From the IMG/VR virus record IMGVR_UViG_3300023235_000014: DNA of 50,582 bases. One strand, given 5' to 3'. Within the stretch, counting starts at the first letter, position 1, and each line of letters opens with the position of its first letter. The notes under the pieces are model-generated. The model had not been told where the DNA came from. It worked only from the letters and a program-made list of their open reading frames with translations, and did no database searches. Of this stretch, positions 26,794-36,598 are shown one piece after another. This DNA comes from a virus. The translations under genes and the position numbers were made by a program.

Positions 26794-27969
26794 TTGGCTA
26801 CATTCAAAGAATTCGCAGCAGAAGATGTGAAAACAAGCAGAAGCTTTTTGAACCAATTAGTGGACGTGATCAACACAGATATTTCTGCATCGAGCACACG
26901 AAGAAAATTTCAAGTTTTTGTGACTGGCGGTGTGGGACCTGGTGTAACGTCATCATTGTTCCAGACTGTATACGATCAAGACTTCACTCTCCAGACAGCA
27001 AACCCTGTTTTCGATATAACGATTGGACTTGCTAGCGGCTCAGAGGTTGTTCAGAATGCTAACCCGACGATTGATGCTAACGGCAAATATCTGTTTGGCT
27101 CTGACACTCTCATGATGCGTGAAAAGATGGATCTCTACCGCCAATTTGCCCAAAACCTTCTTGGGGATTCCGCCGCTGTTTTCACAGCTCGCTCAGGCTC
27201 TACCTCCTTCCAAATTAAGGAAGCTGGGTTCCTTTGCTTTAAGCGATTGTTCTCCCGTGATCAGATGAAGCGTGAGACTTTTGCCTTGCGCTACTTCCCA
27301 ACTGCTAGTCTGGATGGTTTCAAAAATGCCGATACCCCGACTATCAGTACCCCACCAGAGAGCGCTACAAAAATCCTTACAGATATCAACTCGTCTGTAA
27401 ATAAGGAGTTCACTTTTGGCGGTCAGGTCTCTACGGTTGTCGATTCATCAAATACAGCTGTCCCTCTTGGGCTTTTGTTCATTGATAAAGGCATCTTTGT
27501 CATGGACCTTTCTAGGTCTATGGATCAGACAGTGGAAATCTCAGGAGCAATTGATGGCGTAACAGCTACAGGCACTGCCTTCCTTTCTGGTACATTCGAT
27601 AAGCTGCTGCTTTCGGCATCGATTGATGATGTTGTTGATCATTTGGCAGCCACCAGATTCCTCTCGGGAACCGTTGACCAGACAGCAATCACATTTCAGA
27701 ACATCACAAACATCAATTCATCACTTTTCTTTGCTCGACTTGCTGCCGATGAATTCAACTACTCAAGTAACCCTTCTTACGTAGATTCCGAAAATCGTAT
27801 CGTTGTCATCGACGAAGGCCAAGAGGAAACCCAAAGAAGCTTTACATTTGTTTCAAGCATCGGCATGTATGATGCTTTTGATAACTTATTGGCCGTCGCT
27901 AAGCTGAGTCGTCCCGTTCTAAAGGACGACGAAAGGGATATCACCTTCAAAGTAAGGCTGGACTACTAA
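26794..27969 (+). CDS. Structural-like protein (391 aa, TTG start); its C-terminus is paralogous to that of 28617..30965
   Basis: SD AGAAGG 8 nt upstream of the TTG. The C-terminus YDAFDNLLAVAKLSRPVLKDDERDITFKVRLDY aligns with HDDNLNIIARTNLAQPVLKRSGDKFLFKIKLDF. Confidence 0.55.
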   Translation: MATFKEFAAEDVKTSRSFLNQLVDVINTDISASSTRRKFQVFVTGGVGPGVTSSLFQTVYDQDFTLQTANPVFDITIGLASGSEVVQNANPTIDANGKYLFGSDTLMMREKMDLYRQFAQNLLGDSAAVFTARSGSTSFQIKEAGFLCFKRLFSRDQMKRETFALRYFPTASLDGFKNADTPTISTPPESATKILTDINSSVNKEFTFGGQVSTVVDSSNTAVPLGLLFIDKGIFVMDLSRSMDQTVEISGAIDGVTATGTAFLSGTFDKLLLSASIDDVVDHLAATRFLSGTVDQTAITFQNITNINSSLFFARLAADEFNYSSNPSYVDSENRIVVIDEGQEETQRSFTFVSSIGMYDAFDNLLAVAKLSRPVLKDDERDITFKVRLDY

Positions 27970-27997
27970 CAGAAGCTAAGCTGTGCAGCCCCATGAG

Positions 27998-28035
27998 ACC
28001 TCGCTATGCTACTTAGTAGTTGGCGAGGTTTTGTT
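27998..28035 (+). terminator. Intrinsic terminator (ACCTCGC ... GCGAGGT stem, then TTTTGTT)
   Basis: Hairpin with an inner palindrome, followed by a T-run, 30 nt after the stop of 26794..27969. Confidence 0.5.
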
Positions 28036-28231
28036 ATGGCAAGAAGAATAACGTTTGGTGAAATTGAAAAGCGCTTTGCAGAGCAAGGCAGAGACGATAT
28101 AGAGATTTGCAAACATGGATGAAAGGAAGTTGCCTCAAAGTGAGCACGCAAATGAGTTAGGTTGGTATAAAATCTATGATGCGGGGCAAGGGTTGTTCGT
28201 AAAAAACATAGGCTTATCAAAGTCAACGTAG
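28036..28231 (+). repeat. Diverged copy of a dispersed small-ORF module (two short overlapping frames, MARRITFGEIEKRF... and MDERKLPQSEHANELGWYKIYDAGQGLFVKNI...)
   Basis: Translation matches the minus-strand ORF 40245..40451 (MDKRGLRQAEHAKELGWYKIYDAGQRLYVKKI) at about 70 percent nt identity. Here the module is split by a frame change. Confidence 0.6.
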
Positions 28232-28247
28232 TATCATACCTAATGTT

Positions 28248-28568
28248 ATGGTATCCATCAGAAGACGTTACGGGCAGCCAAAGCTGAAAAAGGTCAAGTG
28301 TGAGATGTGTGGCCTTGATGAACCAAGTGCTCTTGAGGAACACCACGTTATCCCCCGACACGACCCAAGAAGCCACAACAATAATGGAAACCTCGCTGTA
28401 ATTTGTGGTTCGTGCCACAACCTGGTTCATACGGGGGAAGCTATCATTCTCGGTGTTTACAAAAGCACTGGCGGAAGAATCGTCATGTGGCATCGCAAGG
28501 GCGAAGAGGCTCCCCTAGCAGAGGAGTTTTGGCTGGTTAAGAACAATAGTGGTGTAAAGACCAGGTGA
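28248..28568 (+). CDS. Small HNH endonuclease (106 aa)
   Basis: CEMCG...EEHHVIPRH...NGNLAVICGSCHNLVH, the classic C-x2-C / HH / N / C-x2-C-H HNH motif. Confidence 0.8.
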   Translation: MVSIRRRYGQPKLKKVKCEMCGLDEPSALEEHHVIPRHDPRSHNNNGNLAVICGSCHNLVHTGEAIILGVYKSTGGRIVMWHRKGEEAPLAEEFWLVKNNSGVKTR

Positions 28569-28616
28569 CATTTTGATACATAAAATGCATACTGTCTATT
28601 TACCTTTGGAAACTAA

Positions 28617-30965
28617 ATGATTACCAAACTTACACCTGACAACTTCGAGTTCTTTAGTTTAGTCACAAACCCACGGCGAACTTTCACATCTGGTTCGGGC
28701 ACCGAAGGAGTAACGGGTTCGGTAAACATATTCCCGAGACGTTCAACCTACGAGAAAGAGGTTCAACCACTTTCGTTGTTCAGTGCCTCTCTATACCAAG
28801 ACAGTAATTTAGATGACCTTCGGGTTATTGCCGTTACTACTACTTCATCAAATATTGAAGACTCGATTATTTCCTATATGAGTGGGGTGCAGGGTCAACA
28901 ACAATCAATTAGAAAACAACAGCAGGTTGAGATTATTCGTTTCACACCTTCTTTCAGATTCTCGTCAAACACTCTTCGCAAAAACATTGTTCGTCAGCTT
29001 TTGATGCCGTATTACAGAACAGTTAGTCCAAGAGCCCAGTGGACAATAGGCAATTACAACTGCCTCAACTTCTTCACAAGTAGCACTGTTCCAACCGACT
29101 CAGCACTTCTGTATCCAAATACCAGGTCGGTTGATATTTCTGTGCAGGCAACTGGATCGAAATTCCAAATTACGGGTGCATTCTCTTTCGACTTCCATAT
29201 CCGCCCAAAGTATACGACGCTTGTTGAGTCAGCTGAATACAAGCCAGGCACACTTATGCACCTAACTGGTGGGTATTCGCTGACGCTCCATTCAGGGTCC
29301 AGTAAGGACATCAGTGGCTTGCCAAATAGGTATAGAATTGCTCTTGCCGTGTCGAGCGCAGCCAATACAGCGCCCAGCCAGCTTCTTGAGGGTCAGGAGT
29401 TTGTACATTTTAGTGACGACAACGCCCTGTCTAAGGATGAATGGCAACACGTAACTGTACGATGGGGCGGAACCGATTACAACTTTGGTTCTGGCTCATT
29501 CGTTGTTGACAGTGTCAACAGGGGAAGGTTCAATATTACCGAATCGTTTTCAGCGGGTTTCTACGAAAACGGAGAAGACCCTTCAGTTCTTGTTGTGGGC
29601 AACTATTACGAGGGCGAAAACAATTCGACCACGGCCTTAGACCGATTTTTTGCTCAAGACTCGGCTACAAGAGATGGCATCTTACAACTCAATACAACCA
29701 CTGATGTGTTCGCCCCTTCAACTTCTTCATTCACTCATCCTTTAAACGCTGAAATTCATGACATAAAGTTGTATGACAAGTACCTGACTCTTGACGATAT
29801 TAGTCAATTGTCTGCATCAGGCCCTACAAACCTTGACAATCTTAGATTTTATCTCCCACCATTCTTTACTCAGGAATCACCATTTAGGCAGGATTTAAAT
29901 AATTTCGGTGGTGTTCTATACACCCCGTTCTTTGCCGTAGACGGGACGACTGAGACACCTTACGCAGGCGAAATGGCTTTCGGAGCAGGTGGGCATTATA
30001 TCAACCTTGAGAATTACACTAGAGAGTTAGTTACTGGTTGCTACCCAAGGCTTTGGCAATTGAGTGGTTCTACGTTTGAACCACCGTCTACCACAGTTCT
30101 CAGTGCTAATGATTTTATGTATCAGACTGGTTCTGTTCGCCGTCGCCTTTACACCATTCTCCCATGCGACAATGGCAACTTTCAGCCCAACTTTGATTTG
30201 CTATCAAAGCTCTCTGGTTCCAAATTTGTAAATGACCTTGGAAACACAGAACTTGGTATAATCACCCTAAACAACATTGTTGATTCGGCAGGTGCTCGTG
30301 CTTCGTCGACCATTCTTACATCGGGTTCAATTCTTGACGATGTGCTTGGTGTTCAACCTGAGTCTGGCTCGGTTAATGTGCTGCCTGGCGATTCTCTCGC
30401 TGTCCTTCATCGCACCAAGGACCCAAGTTCTAACCAGGTCGTTTTCTTTGATGTGTCAAATCTCTTCTATGGAAATAGGATTAAGCCTGGTTCTGTTGTA
30501 CTTTCTGATACAGCTTTATCGTACTCTGGTGGCGCTCTTGCAATCACCGTACGAGATGATGGGCTTGGAAACCTCTACAGGGGAGATGCGAGTGGCTCAC
30601 ATGCAACTTGGAACTCAGTAGGTAATGTCTTCTATAACGAGGGAATAATTGTTCTTAAACACCCACAACTGTACTTCTTCGGTGAGGGCGGCTTTACGGT
30701 TGAGCTACAGGGTGAGAACAACATCCATATATTGACTGTCAATGCATTTGCACGTTCTCTGAGGGAGGTGACTTCTTCTAATCCATCATACCAGCCCTTC
30801 GTTATCAATGAGCTGGCAAACGAAACAGATTCAAAGGCTACATGGATTACAGGCATAAATCTTCACGATGACAACTTAAACATCATTGCTCGCACGAATC
30901 TAGCCCAGCCCGTTTTAAAGCGCAGCGGTGATAAATTTCTCTTTAAGATCAAATTAGATTTCTGA
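28617..30965 (+). CDS. Large structural-like protein (782 aa); its C-terminal domain is paralogous to that of 26794..27969
   Basis: Long beta-rich, Ser/Thr/Asn/Gly-rich ORF. Shares the C-terminal motif ...PVLK....F.(K)(I/V)(K/R)LD(F/Y). Confidence 0.6.
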   Translation: MITKLTPDNFEFFSLVTNPRRTFTSGSGTEGVTGSVNIFPRRSTYEKEVQPLSLFSASLYQDSNLDDLRVIAVTTTSSNIEDSIISYMSGVQGQQQSIRKQQQVEIIRFTPSFRFSSNTLRKNIVRQLLMPYYRTVSPRAQWTIGNYNCLNFFTSSTVPTDSALLYPNTRSVDISVQATGSKFQITGAFSFDFHIRPKYTTLVESAEYKPGTLMHLTGGYSLTLHSGSSKDISGLPNRYRIALAVSSAANTAPSQLLEGQEFVHFSDDNALSKDEWQHVTVRWGGTDYNFGSGSFVVDSVNRGRFNITESFSAGFYENGEDPSVLVVGNYYEGENNSTTALDRFFAQDSATRDGILQLNTTTDVFAPSTSSFTHPLNAEIHDIKLYDKYLTLDDISQLSASGPTNLDNLRFYLPPFFTQESPFRQDLNNFGGVLYTPFFAVDGTTETPYAGEMAFGAGGHYINLENYTRELVTGCYPRLWQLSGSTFEPPSTTVLSANDFMYQTGSVRRRLYTILPCDNGNFQPNFDLLSKLSGSKFVNDLGNTELGIITLNNIVDSAGARASSTILTSGSILDDVLGVQPESGSVNVLPGDSLAVLHRTKDPSSNQVVFFDVSNLFYGNRIKPGSVVLSDTALSYSGGALAITVRDDGLGNLYRGDASGSHATWNSVGNVFYNEGIIVLKHPQLYFFGEGGFTVELQGENNIHILTVNAFARSLREVTSSNPSYQPFVINELANETDSKATWITGINLHDDNLNIIARTNLAQPVLKRSGDKFLFKIKLDF

Positions 30966-31015
30966 TCACAACAGGTGTTTCTGCACATTTAGATGATTTG
31001 TGACACACTAACGGA

Positions 31016-31795
31016 ATGGTTGTTACTGACGAAACTTTGCCTGCAACATTGTTTGAACTTTACATAGCTCAAAAATTGTCTATCCAAAAGATTGCCAAGA
31101 AACTTGACAGCAGCTATGGCACAATTTATCGACGTTTAAAAAAGTTCGGCATTCCCGTAAGAAAAAAAACGGACTATCCTAATCCATTTTTAGGAAAGAC
31201 GCATACATCTGCGGCTCGGCAAAAAATTAGTAAGGCCAACAAAGGTCAGCGTTGGGGTCCGCTTTCCGAAGAGACAAAAAAGAAAATTAGCGAGGCACAC
31301 AAGGGCAAAGTAGTCTCAGCTGAAACAAAACAGAAAATATCCAAAAATCACGCAAACGTATCTGGTCAAAATAATCCGATGTGGGGTGAGAAACACTCTT
31401 TGGAAACACGAAAGAAAATCTCCAAAGCAATTAAAGGAAAATTGCGAACTGGCAGTGAACACCATTGGTATAAAAAACCAAACGAAAGAGTGACTAGCCT
31501 TTTAATGCTAGTTCGAACTTGTACCCAGTACAAAAGCTGGCGTACATCCGTTTACAAGCGTGACAAGTACACGTGTGTTTGGTGTGGAAAAAACACTGGC
31601 AATGACAATAAATGTTGTCTGAACGCTGATCACATCAAGCCATTTGCATTGATCATAAAAGAAAATAAAATTACAACTCTTGAGCAAGCAATTAAATGTA
31701 AGCTGTTGTGGGATATCAAAAATGGCAGAACACTGTGTGTCGAATGCCACAAGACAACGAGTTCATTCGCAAAACGAATTTCTCACTATAGCTAA
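31016..31795 (+). CDS. HNH homing endonuclease (HTH, four NUMOD3-like repeats, HNH), paralog of 14955..15644
   Basis: LYIAQKLSIQKIAKKLDSSYGTIYRRLKKFGIP (HTH). GKTHTSAARQKISKANKG, LSEETKKKISEAHKGK, SAETKQKISKNH and HSLETRKKISKAIKGK (NUMOD3-like). CVWCG...NADHIKPFALI...NGRTLCVECH (HNH). Confidence 0.85.
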   Translation: MVVTDETLPATLFELYIAQKLSIQKIAKKLDSSYGTIYRRLKKFGIPVRKKTDYPNPFLGKTHTSAARQKISKANKGQRWGPLSEETKKKISEAHKGKVVSAETKQKISKNHANVSGQNNPMWGEKHSLETRKKISKAIKGKLRTGSEHHWYKKPNERVTSLLMLVRTCTQYKSWRTSVYKRDKYTCVWCGKNTGNDNKCCLNADHIKPFALIIKENKITTLEQAIKCKLLWDIKNGRTLCVECHKTTSSFAKRISHYS

Positions 31796-31856
31796 AGAAG
31801 TAAATGTTACCAAAGTTCACATAATATCATTGCACAAGCGAACTTGACTCAGCCGA

Positions 31857-32630
31857 TTGCTTGAGAAATCTGATTTGCAAGAATGCAAGGAATGGGGATC
31901 TTGGCTAGGCGACCTATTTAGTCATATGCCAGCAAAGACAGCAAAAGAACTCAGGGGCGAGGGTCTGTCCTTATACCTCTTCAGATACTCGGGTGGCCTA
32001 AAGGCTTTTCTTTATGACGGCAATGCTCTTTTAGCCACAGTACTTGAAGAGCTTTTATTGAATGGCGCTGAGGAGGAGTCAGAAGGAGTACGCATCCCAA
32101 AGAAACAAAAACAACTTTGGACTAATGCGGCCCTAGCTGAACTCGACGGTTCCGAAGTTGGTTATGGGATGATAGACGGTAGCTGGAACCGCAGCTGCGG
32201 AGCATTTGAAGTTGAACTGGTCGCAGCGGAGCGTGGCTATGGTCCATTCATGTATGATGTCGCTGGGTCTGTTTTTAAATGGATTATGTCAGACAGGCAA
32301 ACTGTATCTAGCCAGGCTCTTTATGTTTGGGAGTGGATGAAGAAACATCCAGAACTTTACACCAGCAAATATATTGCAGACCCAGAAGTGTCGGATCCCT
32401 TTGACGTGGGCGCTACGGAAGATAACCCGTGTGTTCCTTATACTGAGGAGGAAGTCTTACTGTATGCCTATCGGCCCAAAAATAGTAAAATGGCTAGAAC
32501 AAAAGCCCTGGTCAACAACCACAAAAAAGTAGTTGCTAAACTCAGAGAAAAAGGCGTCTCCGCAAACACGGTCAATGACTGGTTCGCTCGGGCTGCTGAA
32601 GATATGTTTAGAAGCAAGCACCTGTTTTAG
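31857..32630 (+). CDS. Hypothetical protein (257 aa; TTG start, or the ATG at 31926)
   Basis: ORF with a terminator hairpin spanning its stop codon. Confidence 0.5.
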   Translation: MLEKSDLQECKEWGSWLGDLFSHMPAKTAKELRGEGLSLYLFRYSGGLKAFLYDGNALLATVLEELLLNGAEEESEGVRIPKKQKQLWTNAALAELDGSEVGYGMIDGSWNRSCGAFEVELVAAERGYGPFMYDVAGSVFKWIMSDRQTVSSQALYVWEWMKKHPELYTSKYIADPEVSDPFDVGATEDNPCVPYTEEEVLLYAYRPKNSKMARTKALVNNHKKVVAKLREKGVSANTVNDWFARAAEDMFRSKHLF

Positions 32631-32645
32631 AACAGGTGGTTTTAG
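32619..32645 (+). terminator. Intrinsic terminator between convergent genes (CACCTGTT-TTAG-AACAGGTG then GTTTTAG)
   Basis: Perfect 8-bp stem enclosing the stop codon, followed by a T-run. Confidence 0.55.
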
Positions 32646-33298
32646 AAAGTACCTTCAAAGTAAAACGGGTCATTCCGAGGTTCGACAATCATGTCAATGA
32701 CATATTGGATATCCTCTTGAGTTATCTGGTTTGTTCTGTCTGGTTGATTGAATGGAAACATAATTGATTCAATCTCTGGGTCGTGGTTCAAACCGAGCAT
32801 GTGCCCAAATTCGTGAATGGCTGTTGAGGTAATTCGGTCCTGAGGGACACCAGAATGAAATTCGACCCAACCTCGATTGATACTTGTTTTGATTCCAAGA
32901 ATATCTGCCTCATATAGGCGATGAGCAAACCCGTAGTATTGGCCACCACATGGAGACGAGCCAAGTTCGCTTTCGGTAACCCAAATAGTTCCTGTCTGTT
33001 CTGGGTTAGGTCCTTCACCAGCGTAGGTGAAAACTTCTAAACCTGTCTGTTGATTCCAAACTAGCATCGCTTCAAAAGCTGCGCTGCGGCGTTCGTCTCC
33101 CAAATTTGGATCCAACGTAACCCTGATTGGGAATGCATTTTGGCTCCATCTAAGGGGTTGGCCAAAAGAGTTTTCAACTGAATTGGGTCCGTTAATTGGC
33201 AGCTGTTGTCTTTGCCCGCAGATAGGAACATTGATAGCGGCAACACATCCTGATAGAACACCCAGGGCAATAAGCAAAACAGTCAGCTTTTTGAACAT
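32642..33298 (-). CDS. Secreted lipoprotein zinc metallopeptidase of the metzincin type (matrixin/M10-like HExxHxxGxxH)
   Basis: Start taken at the ATG at 33298 (MFKKLTVLLIALGVLSGCVAA: signal peptide plus lipobox LSGC). Zinc site HEFGHMLGLNHD, followed by a Met-turn-like SIMFP. Confidence 0.8.
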   Translation of the reverse strand: MFKKLTVLLIALGVLSGCVAAINVPICGQRQQLPINGPNSVENSFGQPLRWSQNAFPIRVTLDPNLGDERRSAAFEAMLVWNQQTGLEVFTYAGEGPNPEQTGTIWVTESELGSSPCGGQYYGFAHRLYEADILGIKTSINRGWVEFHSGVPQDRITSTAIHEFGHMLGLNHDPEIESIMFPFNQPDRTNQITQEDIQYVIDMIVEPRNDPFYFEGTF

Positions 33299-33330
33299 AT
33301 TGTTAAATAGCGAACCTCTACTTATGGGTG

Positions 33331-35919
33331 ATGCCAAAACGTCGAAAAAGTCTTAAGTCCCTTGTGGAAGCTCTAGAAGAGTCGGGTTATGCTGGCCAAG
33401 GGCACGGTTCGGGTGCAGAAAGTTTCTACGGAGGCTTTTTTGGATATGGTGGGGACAAACAACTCGCTAAAAAACAAGACCCAACTGTTCGCAGAATAAA
33501 GCAAATGACAGACGCTGAAGCTGGAGCTAACTTCCAGGCCAAGCAACAGCGAGGCCGAGGCTACCCCGCTTCTAGAGATAGCCTTGGAATTTCAGACAAG
33601 GGTGGTGTTGGTGCAAGTTTTCCTGGAGAGGAGTTGAACCAGGTGGGCAAAAGTCCACAAAAGCTTGACTCAATGTATATTACAGATCCTCGCAAGGACT
33701 ATTGGAGTGATCGTGTTGTTGAAGACGAGGTGGTAGTCCTGGCTGATGAAGCTGAAGAACAGCGACGTGAAGAAGAGCGGGAACTTAAGGAACAAGGTGG
33801 AACGGCCAGTGGCGGGGGCGCTGGGCGAGCCGTAGCTTCTGATAGCAGGCACAGAGACCTTCCAGGTTGGCCTCGCATGAATTCCGTTGAAGAGCCTGTG
33901 GACTTTGTTCCTGAAGTTGAAGGAGACATCGATGGTGATGGTGAAGAGGACGTGTATTTGGAAGATGACGAATATGTCAATGACGTAATGAGGTTAAATG
34001 GCCTTTCGTTTGCACCAGGTCAATTTAAGCGCCTGTTTGGCGTGGACTCTTTGGAAGAGCGAACCCTTTATCACGGAACTGTCATTGACAACAAGGAAAG
34101 CATAGAAAAATATGGGTTTTCAGGTGAGCTAGGAGATTTCGTAAAAGATTCTTATGGCATGGAATTTGACGACGACACCTTAGAAGGTGTGACTTTTGCT
34201 GCACAAAAAGACGATATGGGTAAAGCCGAAGGTGCAATTCGCTACCACATTGGCAAGAAGATTGGGAAGTCGATCGGTGAGGTTACCATTGAAGACATTC
34301 GTCGTTGGGGCATGCTCGCCGTTCTCAAAGAGATTGAAGAAGACGATGATTACGGCGACGGGTGGAGACGACGTCCTGAAAACTGGGAAGTTGAAGGTTA
34401 CTATGATGAATACCCACCCGCTGTTGAACCTGGTGATTGGTTTACGGAAAATAACGTACACGTAGACCACATACTCACAGGTCAGAAACTTGTAGATTTC
34501 CTCAGACGTCATGGGGCACTTGAACATGTTGAAGGTGAAAATGAAAGAGAAGTTCTTCAGGATTTGATTCAGGCTGCTGTAATCTACCATGGCCCAGATT
34601 CTAGGGATGCCGTGGTGAAAAAAGTTAAAGCGCTGACCCACAAAGAACGTAAAAAGATGCTTTCCGTTTATTTTGACAATTACGGAGATGAAATTCAAGC
34701 CAGGCTTGACAAACAACGACACCAAAAATATGGCACTCAAAAAGCCAAACAACTGAAACTGGACTTCAGCGAGGGTAAATTGTCATTGAAGAGTGTGTTC
34801 TTCGAGAGCAATAGCGAAACTAGAAAAACTGCCGTTATCATTAAAGGAAACCCGAAGTATATCGAAGGTAGCCAAGAAGCCTCCAGCTTCTACAAGGAAA
34901 TAAGATCGTTCTTGGAAGATGAGGGTTATGACGTCCAAATGCATTCAGGCGAGCCTTTTTCAACACCACCCAAGGCAGACCTGTGGGCAGGGCACTCAAG
35001 AGGTGTCGACAGGCTCACCCACGCCCCAGAAGAAATCAAGACAGTTGCAATCGGCACATCCGACGGCATTGCTCATCCCAGGGACAACTCAGCGAAGATA
35101 GATGGCAAACCACCCAAAGGTTTTAAGCCTAACAAATATCACTATGTGTTCACAGACGAGATGAAGAAGGCACTGACGTCTGAAAAGATCGAGGAACAAG
35201 GTTCTAACACACCAGGTGGGTCTGAACGTTACAAACAAGGTAAATTGGTCAGAGACCATGAACCTGATGCGACAAAGAAGCTAATCAAACATGTGGATTA
35301 CACAGGTGGTCATGCAGAAATGGCCGCAGCTAATCACAGCCCAGGAGCACAGGCATACGGAAATGTCGCTGCCCCCAAGGACTTCGTACCAGAGGACTGG
35401 GAACAGAGGCACCCGAAAACGAAAGAAGCACCTATCGACATGGAAACCATGGAAACAATTGAAGAGGTGATTGGACACCTCGTAAAAGAGGCGCTTGCAG
35501 AGCGTACTGTGATGTCCTCAAAGAAACTAGCCAAGAAGCTCCGTAAAAATAGGGAGCCTGGTTGTGACCACGTGAGACAAAAGGGCTCGCACGCAGTCTA
35601 CCAGTGTGGTCTTTGCAGTACCGTCGTTCCAATGCACGGCTCCAAAGACATCAAGCATGGAACCCTCAAGTCGATCGAAAAAGACCTTGAAGGCTGCTTG
35701 GGAAATGACTGGCTCGATGAATCCATTTCCGCCGTGGTGTCTCAGGCGCTCGGTGAGGCTTTCACTGGCATAGATGATGAGACGGGCGAAGGAAAAGCCA
35801 CAGGCGGCTCAGAAGCTTTTAATAAATCCCGTAAGAGTGTTTTAGACTACAATGAGAAGCAAAGTCCTGAAGGCGTAGAAGACCTTGAGAATTATCATCT
35901 AGGAGATGACGACAAATGA
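33331..35919 (+). CDS. Large acidic multidomain protein (about 862 aa) with an ART/Tpt1-like YHGT motif, a GHSRG serine-hydrolase motif and a C-terminal HicA-like domain
   Basis: ATG at 33331 (the track's GTG at 33328 is adjacent). LYHGTVIDNKESIEKYGF at aa about 247 (compare diphtheria toxin SYHGTKPGYVDSIQKG and Tpt1 LYHGT). WAGHSRGV (GxSxG) at aa about 555. KKLAKKLRKNREPGCDHVRQKGSHAVYQ...VPMHGSKDIKHGTLKSIEKDL at aa 729 to 787 matches the HicA family (GSH, PxH, K-GTL). Confidence 0.65.
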   Translation: MPKRRKSLKSLVEALEESGYAGQGHGSGAESFYGGFFGYGGDKQLAKKQDPTVRRIKQMTDAEAGANFQAKQQRGRGYPASRDSLGISDKGGVGASFPGEELNQVGKSPQKLDSMYITDPRKDYWSDRVVEDEVVVLADEAEEQRREEERELKEQGGTASGGGAGRAVASDSRHRDLPGWPRMNSVEEPVDFVPEVEGDIDGDGEEDVYLEDDEYVNDVMRLNGLSFAPGQFKRLFGVDSLEERTLYHGTVIDNKESIEKYGFSGELGDFVKDSYGMEFDDDTLEGVTFAAQKDDMGKAEGAIRYHIGKKIGKSIGEVTIEDIRRWGMLAVLKEIEEDDDYGDGWRRRPENWEVEGYYDEYPPAVEPGDWFTENNVHVDHILTGQKLVDFLRRHGALEHVEGENEREVLQDLIQAAVIYHGPDSRDAVVKKVKALTHKERKKMLSVYFDNYGDEIQARLDKQRHQKYGTQKAKQLKLDFSEGKLSLKSVFFESNSETRKTAVIIKGNPKYIEGSQEASSFYKEIRSFLEDEGYDVQMHSGEPFSTPPKADLWAGHSRGVDRLTHAPEEIKTVAIGTSDGIAHPRDNSAKIDGKPPKGFKPNKYHYVFTDEMKKALTSEKIEEQGSNTPGGSERYKQGKLVRDHEPDATKKLIKHVDYTGGHAEMAAANHSPGAQAYGNVAAPKDFVPEDWEQRHPKTKEAPIDMETMETIEEVIGHLVKEALAERTVMSSKKLAKKLRKNREPGCDHVRQKGSHAVYQCGLCSTVVPMHGSKDIKHGTLKSIEKDLEGCLGNDWLDESISAVVSQALGEAFTGIDDETGEGKATGGSEAFNKSRKSVLDYNEKQSPEGVEDLENYHLGDDDK

Positions 35920-36503
35920 GTAATGATATACCTGAGTGGGAACGTAAATATTGGGCCGAGAAGCAACGGCAGGCAAACCAAGGACACACACATCCCCAGG
36001 ACATACCGCACTATGAGCCTTTGCACGTAACGCAAGGCAGAGAGCGCAATGCCCACAACCCACAGCAACAACACAATCCGCATGCGCCAACTGGCCAATG
36101 GCGAGACGTTGATGCTATGTCAATAATGCAAAGCAGACAAGGTGGAATGGCAATCCCTGGGATGGTTCCATCACCACAAAACGCAAGCGCTCCAATGGTA
36201 ATGCTCCGTGAGGGTGCTCGATTTTATCGTGCAGTTCAGGCCGAAAAATGGGGACATACACAGACTATGGTAAGAAGTGGTGGTGAGGTTCAGGGCGTAG
36301 CTGGAAGGGAATTCCAACTCAAAGGTGAGAGTCAATGTTACTGCATCGATAATCTCCCAGTTGTAGACTTGACTCAAGTCAACCCACAACATATGCTTAA
36401 CCTTGTAGAAGTTAGTGCACCTTTCGTAGGCACAATCTTGGTCGAGCGGAGTGCCGTTGTGCCTGTTGGTCGTACTGGCGGTCCACAACTTTTGAAAGGT
36501 TGA
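35916..36503 (+). CDS. Hypothetical His/Gln/Pro-rich protein (195 aa)
   Basis: ATGA overlap with the upstream gene. Confidence 0.5.
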   Translation: MSNDIPEWERKYWAEKQRQANQGHTHPQDIPHYEPLHVTQGRERNAHNPQQQHNPHAPTGQWRDVDAMSIMQSRQGGMAIPGMVPSPQNASAPMVMLREGARFYRAVQAEKWGHTQTMVRSGGEVQGVAGREFQLKGESQCYCIDNLPVVDLTQVNPQHMLNLVEVSAPFVGTILVERSAVVPVGRTGGPQLLKG

Positions 36504-36598
36504 GTCTAAAGTTCTTGCTCAACAAGATAACTATATTTCGTAACCAATTGACCAGATGTGACAAATATGTTAAACTAACACATCTATCGGAGTAACAG

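Noticed and set aside
33328-33337. TTG start at 33337 for the metzincin and GTG start at 33328 for the divergent gene
   Set aside because: An ATG at 33298 opens a textbook signal peptide plus lipobox. An ATG at 33331 directly follows the GTG. The longer forms would make the two divergent genes overlap head to head.
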